A DNA stretch of 64,000 bases from positions 119,290,001-119,354,000 of the forward strand of contig NW_024704742.1 of assembly GCF_018977255.1 (NCBI RefSeq), in the 5' to 3' direction. This document shows, piece by piece, positions 1 through 11,480 of this stretch (positions are counted from its first letter, which is position 1; each line of letters begins with the position of its first letter). The DNA is from Callorhinchus milii. Lineage: Eukaryota. The notes beneath the pieces are model-generated. The model had not been told where the DNA came from, searched no databases, and saw only the letters and a program-made list of their open reading frames with translations. The position numbers and the translations under genes were made by a program.

Positions 1-194
1 GTAGCTCAGTTCCACACTGGACACAGCTTTACTAACTGAAACATCAGTGGACTATTTTTTAACTAACTATAGGAATATGGCAGAGGCAAAACAAACACCA
101 ATAGATGAAAATAATATTGCACCCATTTCATTGATTGGTGTGGTCGGAAGGAATGCGATGCCATGTTCAGCAGCACAGAGAAGAATAAAGTCAG

Positions 195-313
195 ACTTAA
201 GGGATACATAGTACATAGGTAGTTTGGGAAATATGTGCATGCGACTGCCAGTAAGGTGGAAGGTGAACTAGATGGACCTTGGTCTTTTTTTGTCTAGCAT
301 TTCTTATGTTATG
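195..313 (+). mobile_element. CR1 LINE 3' end relic
   Basis: Ends in gatggaccttggtc...ttcttatgttatg, a CR1-type 3' UTR and tail. Confidence 0.6.
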
Positions 314-1464
314 ATAGAATTTAATGTGTGGGTCAATGAAGTAACAGGCATTTCCAATAAAAATGGGATTTCGTCCAATTTATTGGTAAAAGGAGCCTCA
401 TACCAAACATGAATTATTTGTGCTGCCCTTAATTGGAAATGTTGCTGTTGAATTAATCATTTACCAGACCACACTTCAGTTTAATACTGTCACTGCAATA
501 TCCTCTTTTACATGTATATACTAGTCATAGATTTTCTTGGTAGTCAACTGCTTATTATTTCTTGTTAACACAGAAGTAACAATATCACGTGTGAATGTTC
601 CCCAGTCTTTGAAGACACAGAGCACAAGATCGCTGTTATAAGCGCTGAAAACCAACACTGACCTCAGGATGTGCCTGAAACTGAATCGACTCCCAATTTT
701 ATTATAAAATAAACAAGCAAATCCTTAGGAGTGATTTTTCAGGGTGTCATTCAATCTCTGTGTTCAGACAACAGTTATAAATCGTTTTGCTTTTATTCCT
801 GCACTCGATACTCTCATGAGGACTGCTTGATTGGATTACAGCCTTTATTCTTTGTTATGTGGGTGTTCATCAATCACTGCCAAGCCTTCCAGTCATTCAC
901 TGCAATAAACTTAAAAATGTACTACAGTAAATTCTCAAGTATCAGTTTGATCCACGAGTCACATTTCAGAATTAGTGTAGAAGCTGAGAAGATGCAGCGA
1001 TTGAATGCATGGGGTAAAACACAGTCTCATTGTTGCAAGACTGCACTCTCAACCCACGATGGTGAAGCTCAAGGACTTTAATAACATCACATCAACCCCA
1101 AGATGTGTTATTGACTTGGAAACATGCCACAGAAATATGACTCCATAGAAATGTGTAGCTCTGTAGATTTTGTATGCAGTCTTCATTTGAGAAAACTTTT
1201 TAAAAGCATCCACTGTCACCACATTTTCTGTTTTAATTCAGTATTAATTTTACCTCAATTAAAACTGAATTTAAGAATTTTTCAAAATACTGTGGAAAAT
1301 TTTAACCCCATGGGCCTTAAGCACACGGACATGAGCAATTTCAGGCCTGTGATCGTCTACCTCTTTGAAGCTTTCCTGAATGCCTCACATATGGCAAAGC
1401 CTTGATGTCTCTGATGTTGATGGAGGTCACTGTAATGGTTGTTAGAAATATATCACAGAAATGT

Positions 1465-1695
1465 ACAACAACAACTTGCACTATACAGTGGCCTTCACAT
1501 GGGGTAGCTTCTCAGAGTGCTTATCAATGGCGTAATTTGATGACTACCTGGGGAAAAAAGTAAGGTGATTCGTTCGAAGAGGAAAGTCTTCAGGTGCAAT
1601 TTGAAGCTGGGCAAAGAGGGGCAAGTTTGAGGGATTAAGGCAGGGAGTTCCTGAGGTTCGGGGGTAGGACCTGAAAGCACTTCCCCTCATTTGGG
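1465..1695 (-). mobile_element. L2 LINE 3' fragment
   Basis: (CAA)n tail on +; minus ORF has the L2 C-terminal motif SLPSFKLHLKTFLF. Confidence 0.75.
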
Positions 1696-1699
1696 TTCT

Positions 1700-1910
1700 C
1701 ATGCTTGCGCTGGCTCTCTTAAAAATCAATCCCTTTAGTGCCAATCTCCTGCCTTTTCCTATGCCCTTTTTCTGTATCAGCTTTTCATGCACAGGTATTT
1801 GTTTAATTCCCTCTTTAAAGCTTATATGGATTCGGCCTTGAACAAAGTTCAAGATAAAATATTCCACATTCTAACAACCCCCTTTGTCAGCACATTTCTG
1901 TTACCTATTC
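1700..1910 (-). mobile_element. Old CR1 3' fragment
   Basis: attccacattctaacaaccc motif, similar to the CR1 at 18650-19495. Confidence 0.55.
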
Positions 1911-2314
1911 TAAACAACAGCAACAACAAGACTCTACCCCTTCATGCGGGATAGCGTCTTAGAGCACTAAACGGATTCCTTCATAATCAGGTCAGACCCC
2001 AAAGAATTACATTGTACCTATAAAGATACTATGACCATGGAAAAGTGGTTTATAAGATACTACTTTTACTTAAGAAACAATCCACCAACATCATATTTGG
2101 AGTCTCAAAGAAACATTTAGAAAGCTGAGATGTGCTTTGGGAGACGAGTAGATAGGCTTTGTTGCTTGACAATATTTGTCACACTCTGATATTTGGCTCC
2201 TACCCCCAGCTCAGGTGTCAGCCAGTACTCTTAAGTGCTTAGGAATATCCACCTAACGTGAAAGACACAATATAAATGTAAATTTGTATTATATTTGTAT
2301 TGCATTTTATAATA

Positions 2315-2605
2315 ATACTTGTGTTTGAAATAGCATCTATCATGTCATCGAAACAGCTCAAAACATTTCACAGAATTTACTGCAAAGTGCAGTGACTGAG
2401 TATTTTTATACACAAACATGGCAATCAATATGCACACAGCATTGGCCCACAAACAGCCATGCCTACCTGAACAGCAGACAGCACCTCAATTTATTGTCTC
2501 AGTTGAAGGTCAGCTCCTCTGACAATGCAACACTTCTCCCCAGTACTGCACTGGAGAGTCATCCTATGATATGAGTTCAAGATCACAATGTGGGGCTTGG
2601 GCCTG
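2315..2605 (-). mobile_element. Deu-domain SINE (SacSINE1/AmnSINE1-like), degenerate
   Basis: Reverse complement of tccagtgcagtactgggg...tgttgcattgtc and ggctgtttgtggg motifs. Confidence 0.65.
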
Positions 2606-2679
2606 CTCTTATTTTGCTATCCAATTTATTGATTCGCACAGAGATAAGCAGATGCTGCTCAAGCTTCACATCTAAAACC

Positions 2680-3632
2680 AGTGGAGCCATCGCTCAATGG
2701 GTAAGGTTGTGTGTCTGAACTGTGGACAGGAAGATGGTGGCAATGCTTTCACACATTTAATGACTCCTCACCAAAAGCTTGCAGGCAGTTCCTGGTACCT
2801 ATCAAAGCTCAAACCTGTTCTTGTTGGATGCCAAATGATCAAGTAATTCTTGGGGGGAGGTAAGCAGGGTCTCATTGGAGCTGAGCTGGCTTTGCATTGA
2901 CATGCTTGGCAATGGAAGGTTGGAATTGAGTCAATCCTCAGAGGCAGTTCCTAAACGAGGCGGATCCACAGTACTCCAAGCACTGCTAGTAACAGAGCAG
3001 CCAGCCTGGTTGATCATCAGGTTAAAACTTAATCTGCGAGCCAAAGCCCTAACAGGTAGGATGGTCCCAGCTAGACAGGCAGTGGGAAGCTTGCCAGACA
3101 GTGAATGGTTTCAATGGCAAACTCTGCACATAGGGAAATTTCCATGTGTAGCAGAGTATATACCCTTGTTCTCACCCTTGTTTTCAAATCCCTCCACTCC
3201 CCTGCACCCCCTACCTCTCTGACCTCCTCTCTCCTCAAAACAGTGCCTGTTGCCTTCGTTCCACCAGGTCTGGCCTCCTCTTTGTCCCCCGAGTCCTCCG
3301 CTCTACCCTCGGCAGCTGTGTCTTCAGCCACTATGCCCCAAGGCTCTGGAACTCCCTTCCTCACTCCCTTCGCCTTGCTCCCTCTCTTCCTATTTTCAGG
3401 TCTTGGCTGAAGACCTTTCTTTTCGACTGCACCTTTGGTCACCTTCTTCCCTCTCCCCCTGGCTCGGCCCCGGGATCCGTTACTGTGAAGCGCTCTGAGA
3501 TGCCGTCTGGCGTGGAGAGTGCTATATAAATCCAAGTTGTTGTTGTTATACATTATGCAAACTGTCTGATGTGAATGCTGTTAAGCATGGTGATGGATTT
3601 CTGGGTGTGTCAGACACCCAGCTGACCAAAAA
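2680..3632 (+). repeat. Unclassified interspersed repeat ('family X'), split by an L2 insertion
   Basis: Shares ctgc(g/a)agccaaag(c/t)cct, aatttccatgtgt and tgtcagacaccc..tgacca with copies at 14.4k, 37k, 38.3k, 38.7k, 41.3k and 48k. Confidence 0.7.
3164..3546 (+). mobile_element. 5'-truncated L2 LINE
   Basis: L2 ORF2 C-terminus (LVLTLVFKSLH), (TTG)n tail, TSD-like tatac at 3159-3163 and 3547-3551; close to 16205-16608. Confidence 0.85.
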
Positions 3633-4084
3633 CAACCCCACAACCTCCTGACTCAGTGGCAAGAGTGCTATCAACTGCGTCAGGCCAACACTTAAGTATA
3701 AAGAACTGCCCCAAAGATAAAGCTTCATAGAGCAGTGACATTAAAGTATAGGTCTGGAAGTTGAAATTCAACCTGAGATTGGAAGGAGCCTGAAGGAAAC
3801 ATCAGTTCAATTTGAACAATGTTGGGAATCCAGTGAGTCTGGGAGGGCTCTGTACCTCTACCTGATATTGGCTGTCAAGGGCTGAAAAAAGGTGAGATTT
3901 CACTGTGCACAGGTGCTACTTGTTGACTTAAATCATCATTATATTTTAATTATTCAGACACAGAGATAAACAAGCTCACAGAGACAGGATGTTCCATTTA
4001 AGAAACCTTTATCTAGCATTGTGCATGATATAGAAAGGTACACAGTAAACCTCACATAAGTCATATCAGTTGGGAACATACATT

Positions 4085-4407
4085 TAATAATAATAATAAT
4101 AATCCTTGCATTTGATATAGCGCTTTTCACGTCGGGAGGATGTCCCAAAGCGCTTCACAGAACACACTGTAAAGTGAATTGACTGTATATTTGCGGGCAA
4201 ACACGGCAGCCAATTGCGCACAGAAATGTCCCACAAACAGTCATAGATTGAAAATGACCAATTTATTATTGTTTTTGGTTTTTGGAGGGATTATTATTAG
4301 GCGTGTGGAGTAAGGAAACTTGCCCAAGGTTTCGCCCTGCCTGGAATTGAACTCAGGTCTCTCGCTTGCAAAGCGAGTGCTCTAACCACTGAGCTACAGG
4401 ACTCCAC
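4085..4407 (-). mobile_element. tRNA-Ala-derived SINE, short form, full length
   Basis: Head gtcctgtagctcagtggttagagc...ttcaattcc with A/B boxes and TGC anticodon; Deu 3' part; L2-type tail and (ATT)n. Confidence 0.9.
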
Positions 4408-5259
4408 TATTTAATATGACTTATGCTAAGTATGAGCTATGTCAAACAGATATATGACTTAGGTGATTATATGATTTATAGAGATCAGACTTATGCAAGT
4501 TTTACTGTAATTACCAATTCGGAGAACAGAAATAGTCACAGGAGTTTCTTCTACTTTATCTTTTCTTCTTTGTCTTTGTTTCTTTTCTTCTTGTATTCTT
4601 TATTTCTAAGCTTTTTCTTCTTCTTTCCTAGGTCTATTCTGAAGAGCATCAGCTACAACAACTACATTTATAACCACTTGGTTGTTTGATCCTTCCTTCA
4701 ACTCTAGCCATCTACAATAACATCAACAACAACTTGCATTTATAAAATGCCCTTCATGTAGGGTAGTGTCATGGAGCATCTAGCTTATCTCACAGATATC
4801 ATTTCCTTAATTTCACTCTTTCAATTTCCTTCAATTTATGACCCAAGGCCATCCTAATACCGTTCCTTTGTTATACCTCTCATTCGAGACATGAACTATT
4901 TGGTGACATCACTTCTCCTCATTAACTTATCCAACTAAGAAAGGAAAGGACACAAACCTATAAATACTTAACAAATACAATCCACTTAAAACTTGCTTAT
5001 AATGCTTCATGCTGAAAGGTTTGGAACGTTTCAGTCATGAAGTTTGCAGAATTTTACGATAAGAACAACCCAATGGCTGATATCAAAGCCAACATGAATC
5101 TGATTGAACTTAACTTTTTCACACCACCTTTGCAAGTGCCGAATTCTTCAATGCACCTTAACAGTCACATAGCCATGGCTACATAATCCCCCCCAATCCC
5201 CCCCACTCTCCAATTGGTCATTCGCTTCACGGCTGTTTGTGGAACACTGCTTCAGGCAT

Positions 5260-6310
5260 TCAGAATATTGGTAGGACTGGGATCTTAACTGGAGGAGAAA
5301 AAATAGATTTGAGTGCCATCTGCATACATGTAGAAGTTAACCTCATGTCTGCAGATGATAACACCAAGAGGTAGAATGTACAGTAAATGAGAAAAAGGAG
5401 GGGGGCTGAAAATAAAGCCTTGGAGTACACCACAGGTGTCCTTGCAGGGACGGGAATAGAAACTATAAGACGAGACAAAATGGTAGTAGTGGGTAAAGTA
5501 GGACTTGAAGGCAGTCCAACTGAGGTGGATGAGGGAGGAGAGGCAGTCAATGAGGTTGGCAAGGAGGATGGCATGGACCACTGTGTCAAAAGCAGCAGAG
5601 AGGTCCAGGAGGGCAACAACAACTTGCATTTATATAGAGTCTTTCACTCAGGTAGTGTGTCAGAGTACTTGATAAAGAGGAAGAGGGAACCTGGTCAAAG
5701 AATCATTTGTAATCTTAACAAGGACTGACTCAATAGTGTGAGTAGGGCAGGATGGACTGGTGGAGCTTACGAAGGGAGTAGAAGGAAAGGTGTGAGCAAA
5801 GTTGGGTGGCAACAAAACATTCGAGGATTCTAGAAAGGGTCAGTTTGAGATGAACCAGTAGTTTAAAAAGTTTGACGGATCAAGGATGAGTTTTTTGAGT
5901 AAGGCAATATTGACAGCGGCTTTGGTGGGTCACAGGGAGAGAAAGTACTGGAGGAGAGGAACAGGTTGACTACATCTACCATTAGGGGGGATAAGGAATG
6001 ATTGTTTAATGGTCAGCAATTGGGTGGGGAGAGAATCGAAAGAGTTGGTGGTGGGTTTCATCTGATTTATGAGTGATGAGGTAGAAATGGGGGCAAAGGA
6101 GTGCAGGGAGGGAGTAGTGGTTGTGGCAGTAGAAGAAGAAATAGGAGATCTAAAGGACATGGGTGGAGACGTGGAGGGCGGGGTTCCTCCTAGGAAGAGG
6201 AAACAGCCAAGCAGCTGATATCTATTTTGAAAGTGAAGAAGTCTATGATCTCTTCGCATTTGGCATCTGAGTTGCGGATGGAGGTTCCTTCCTTCCAATG
6301 ATACCAAAGT
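5260..6310 (-). mobile_element. Decayed L2 ORF2 (RT region)
   Basis: LLDLSAAFDTV, GVLQG and YADGTQ motifs; NPQL, MKPTT..DSLPT upstream. Confidence 0.85.
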
Positions 6311-6366
6311 AAAGGCATCTTCTGGGCCCTTTAGTGACAGCTACATGTTACTCTGACCAATATATA

Positions 6367-6457
6367 GGCTGAAATTTCAATTAGGGTTATGTCTAGCGCC
6401 TTTGGTGATGATCGTTTGCTAATGGAATCACACATAATGTTGACCAAAATTTCAGCC
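6367..6457. mobile_element. Tiny TIR element (MITE-like)
   Basis: Perfect 11-bp inverted termini ggctgaaattt / aaatttcagcc. Confidence 0.5.
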
Positions 6458-8392
6458 CATTAAATTGATAACGAGTCCTTCCCCCAACCACATTATTCCA
6501 GCTGCAATTTTTTTAACACCAGCTTTTTAGATGCTTGGTCTAAATTGCATTTGTTCCACTTAATGCTGTCCAAATGTGGTTTAGTGCCAGTGCAAATAAT
6601 AGCAGGCTAGACACTTAGTGTTTCTTTACTTTAGTAATAATGCATTTCATCCTGTAGTTTTCCACCAGGGAATATCACGTTTTCACAGAGTAGAGCTAGG
6701 AAGGATTAGTCACATCCAGGTTGTAGGTGTCAGGGTCACTTGATAAATTCCATCAAGCTATTGAGCTAGTGCATGAAGAACTGGTCTGACTAGGTAGGTT
6801 GCTTTACACAGATTGAGAGGGTTGTGAAGATGTAGAATTCTCTGTCCCAGAAAGCTGTAGAGACAGAATCAATAAGGATGTTTAAAAGAGAGATCGACAA
6901 ATACTTGGGCAATAATAATAATAATCCTTGCATTTGATATAGTGCTTATCAAGTCTTTGCGATGTCTCAAGGCTCTTCACAGAATATACTGTAAAGTAAA
7001 TTGACTGTATATTTTGTGGGCGAAACGCAGAAGCCAATTGTGCACAACATTTGGATAACACCCAAAACTATTTTTCCTGCTCTAGTCAAAACTCCAGTTC
7101 TACCAATATTCTGAAAGCCAATTACAAACTAGTTCCTGTTTTGCTGTGTTCCTAGGTATTTATTTGAGATTCAGAAACCAAGAAAGCAAAAGTAATTAGG
7201 GTTGTGTCAAATGACTCCTTTAAGAAAGAACTCAATCAGTATCTGGTTGAAAACAGTTTTGAAGGTTATGGGGTGAACAACTCATTTAGAGAGCACAGTG
7301 ATTGGGAAGGAAGGAGAAATGTTGACTCTGGATGGAAGTAGGCAGGGATGTAACCAGGATCTTTAAAGTAACACTGAAAAAAAATGGATTCAGTTAACTC
7401 AAACATTGATGTTTGATGTCAGGACACAAATTCTGAGCAGGAGCAGGCTGAGCCTAAGCAGGAGGGAGCCATGTAAGCAAGGTAGAGCAGAAATCATAGG
7501 AGGCAGTCCTAACAATAATAATACTGAAATAATAATCCTGTAAGAATTTGTACATTTGATTTAATGACTATAATGTCAAATGTCCTAAAATCTTGCACAA
7601 GTAATTGTAACGTATAGTAACTGTGCATTTGTAGGCCAACATTGCAGCCAATTTGTGCCCAGCAATGTCCCGCAAACAGCCATGAGGTGGATCAATTTAT
7701 CTGGAGATCTCTTTTTGAATAGGGTCTAACTGAATAGACAGACAAGACCATGGTTTAACATCTCGTCTGAAAGGCAGGCAACCTTGTTGCATTGAAAGTT
7801 GCTCCTCAAGAAAACAATAAAAGCTTCATCTAAAGCCCTCGAGCCATCCTTTGGATCAGTTGAGAGGTTTTGAGAGAAGATTGGAAAGAGGAAACAGTCT
7901 CATTTTACTGGATTTACACTGTAGTGATTATGCTGCCAAAACCACCTCCAGGCGGTGATCTCACCAGCAAATTGCAGCGCAATTTATTCCCAGATCATGT
8001 TGCCTAATCGATATTTATATAGTGCTTTTCATATTGAATTATTGAACATTGAAAATAGTAGCTACTACATTTGCTACAAAATATATTCTAATGTTGACTA
8101 TTAGCAAGGCAAGCATAAGAAGGATTCTAATCAATACCCACAAATTTGAAGACTGTGGAGAAATTAGGAGCAAACAGAGTGGGGCGTTGATCAAGCACAA
8201 CCAGGCAATTAACACAGGAGGGATTCAAACTACATGAATGAAATGCAAATAAAAGCATCCAAACACTGGCTACAGTAGATAATAATAATCTTTGCATTTG
8301 ATATAATGGCATATCACATCATTGAGATGTCTCAAAATGCTTCACAGAATATACTGTAAAGTGGATTGACTGTATTTTGGGGGCAAAAAGTG

Positions 8393-8877
8393 ATGAATTG
8401 TACAAAAGGAGAAGTACAGGCTGAATGCACAATGATAGTTTTGCTTATAAACAAAGTGAAAAAAGACCCAATTCTTGGCCACTTAATATTACCCACAACA
8501 TAGCAATATTTTGTATAGAAAATCAAACCATTAAAAAGATCATAAATCAATATTAATTTTGTATTGAAAACTGAGAATAGTTTGCTACAAAATAAAATGG
8601 CAGTATTATCATTATAATAAAGTGGTAGTATTAATTATTAATACTATTAAATCACATTTTAAATGAATTGATGTTGACTTGCAAACAATATGATTAATAA
8701 TAATATCTTTGAGACTTCTCTCAGTTTCCTCTTTTGATTCATCAATTTCTAGGGAAGAACAATCTTGAGTCTATTGTATTATTTTAAAGTAGCTGAAAAA
8801 TGTCTTGTCTAACATGCAGAAAAAAGACAAGATGTAGTTATGCATCCAGCCTGCATTTCTCCTTTTGTGCAATTCAT
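8393..8877. mobile_element. Probable non-autonomous DNA transposon with 37-bp inverted repeats
   Basis: 8393-8429 and 8841-8877 are reverse complements at 33/37. Confidence 0.6.
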
Positions 8878-9808
8878 GTATTGCAACCAGTCTTTATTTG
8901 CAGTGTCATGTAGGTTTCAATCCCTCCTATATTAATTGCCTGTTTGTGCTTGCTCAATGCCTCACTTTGCTTGCTCCTAATTTCATTACAGTTTTCAAAT
9001 AGTGTGGGTATTGATTAGCAACATTATGGTTTATTTCTAATAGTCAACTGATAATTTCACATTTGGTGTTTTTCTTAGACATTCCAAAACACATTTGTGC
9101 TGGTAAAGACGGATAGTAAGTTGAAAGTTCATGTGCTTTCATGGTCCTCTCATTACAATCTTGGTTCATTCCAAGTAATTCAGCTCTTTATGGCACACTG
9201 CCAATAAAATACAAGCCTTTGTTAACTAACTACAACTATCAATGAACATACAATTAAATGTGACTGGCTATTATTTTGTTTTATTTCATGATAGTTCAAA
9301 GTTACTTTTTTGCTAATAATTTTTTCCCGTTACTAAGACTAATTTCACAGCAGGAATAATTTAGTCAGGCCTATATATATTTTTGCAGAACCTCATGTCA
9401 AAGCAATTACATAGAGAGAACATAGAATTACCAGATAGCTCAGTGTAAATGGACCAAAAGCTGGAATCCTTCATGGTTTCAAAGTGCTTCACAGAATATA
9501 CTGTAAATTAAATTGAATGGAGAAATGTGGATATATTACAATGGGGGCGGTTGGGAAGTTTCGGCAACCAAGGTGGAATGTGGGAAATACCTCAAAACAC
9601 TAGTTGGTAAAAGTAAGACTTCAAATGAATGCTCAGAGAGCAATGAACCTAATGACTAAGGTTTTCCTATGGCTTAACTCCTGTTTCTTCATGTTTTGTT
9701 TCCCCTCTTTGACCAGGACGGATAAGGTCACTTAAAGCTTCCTGCTGCATAGAGTTAATTCGACTGCACTTACATCAAAATATTCAGGAGAGGTATTTAA
9801 ATAAGGCT

Positions 9809-10141
9809 ACTAGCTCCCCTTTCTCCTAAGTTCACACTTTATTTGTGAGTTATGCAATGATTAATGTGGCTATTATTTTTTTGTGGTGTGACATTGTATT
9901 GTCCAATTGCACCGTTCAACTAGTGTCAATTTTCTCTTTGTTTTTACTGGTGTTGTTAACAAATACAGCTCAATTCCTTATCTATAATTGTCATAATTAG
10001 GTCCCTTGTGCAATTTTTCACAGCAGTTGTGGCCAGCATTGTTTGGTATTAATAAGCATCTGTTATTAATGTAATTTTTCTCTTGCTAAATGGGCACATA
10101 GTCATTGCATAACTCACAAATAAAGAGGAAGAGGAGCTAGT
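9809..10141. mobile_element. Palindromic MITE-like element
   Basis: Perfect 24-bp IR 9837-9860 / 10102-10125 plus outer 9-bp IR actagctcc / ggagctagt. Confidence 0.65.
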
Positions 10142-11139
10142 GCCACTATCTTGAAATGTTAGGCCCCATGGTAACTGCCTGGCTTCATCACAGACCAGTT
10201 TGTAATGGAAAGGTTAGACCTTCAGCAGAAGGTTACACTCAGCAGAGAAGAACTGATTTGAAGGAAAGAGCTCTGTTGTATTTGGAGCATTGGCTGCTCT
10301 AAGGAACGGATTGCAAGACTTGTTTTGTCTGGTGTCGTTCAAGCTCCGTCGAGGAATTTCACAAGACTCACTCAATCAGCTATGTATAGGAATATTCGGC
10401 CAGCACATTATAGCTGCATCTGTAAAGGCAGCAGACAAAGAGATCTGTTTCCCTTCAAGTCAGCAGCAGGAAGAACAAACATGGTGTCCGTACTATGACA
10501 TTGCTGGATTTTTCAGGCCTGCTAACTGCTATCAATTGCAAACATAAGGAACCACATGTACTTTCACAGAACTAGGTTTCTTATCACAACCAAAAATGGC
10601 ATAATTCTATGAATAAGCAGATAGTGGGAGATGCCAAAAATATCATCACACATCTATTAGTAAAATTCCAAGGATGCGACCATCAATCATTTGTTTTGTC
10701 TCAACCCAGCCTTTCCAGGAAGTCTGGCAGCGAAAGCAAACTACAAGGCTGGTGACTGGGTGCATGAGAGCATAAGTCAGGGCCGGTCATGCCCTCCCTA
10801 ATCTTTATCACCAGACTCTTAGAGATACAGTGTAGCCCAATGCATTAACCAACTTGACAAATTGTACAAAGGATAATTTGAACATTCAAAGTCTGCTTCA
10901 GGTATATTGATATCATGCTGGTGTGTGACATTGTTACCCTTTGAAGATCTGACATATGTCAATTGGAGATCATGTGGTTCTAACCATTGTGATTTGATGT
11001 GGATGTAAAATGGATCTACATGCAGATAGTTGAGCTATGGGAATTGAAACAGCAAGAAGCTGAATGTCTAGAAAGAACAATAATGTTGAGGGAACCATGT
11101 TACCACAGTCAAAGCTCATCTAGTATAGTACATCACCTA

Positions 11140-11480
11140 TAAATTTTTTCACGCTCAAACACCTCCCTATCTCTGAGATCTTCTCCAACCCCACTCCTCT
11201 GCTTGTGCGGTCCGCTTGGACCACAAGCAGTAACTGTGTTTTGCGAGACAGATATGCTCCTAACCTCTGGAACTCTCTCCCTCTACCCCTTCACTTCGCC
11301 TCCTTTCTATTTCCCTTTAAATCCTGTTTTAAATCTTTGAGCCCTTCAAACCTACCCCTTCATGCCTACGGTTAGATTCCTCTTCCCCTCTCCCATGATT
11401 GGCATCTGACCCAATCTTTGTAAAGCACTCCAAGGCATTATCCTAGATGAAGGGTGCTATATAAATATATAAATACTAGT
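11140..11480 (+). mobile_element. Old L2 3' fragment
   Basis: ctctggaactctctccct (LWNSLP) and gaagggtgctatataaat tail. Confidence 0.65.

Noticed and set aside
731..1405. 116-aa and 93-aa ORFs
   Set aside because: No recognisable domain or exon structure; lengths expected by chance
4333..4403. tRNA-Ala gene
   Set aside because: It is the head of a multi-copy SINE, continuous with the SINE body and tail; the T-stem is imperfect
4545..4631. Long polypyrimidine tract plus AG as a splice acceptor
   Set aside because: Low complexity, followed by an L2 tail relic and no donor
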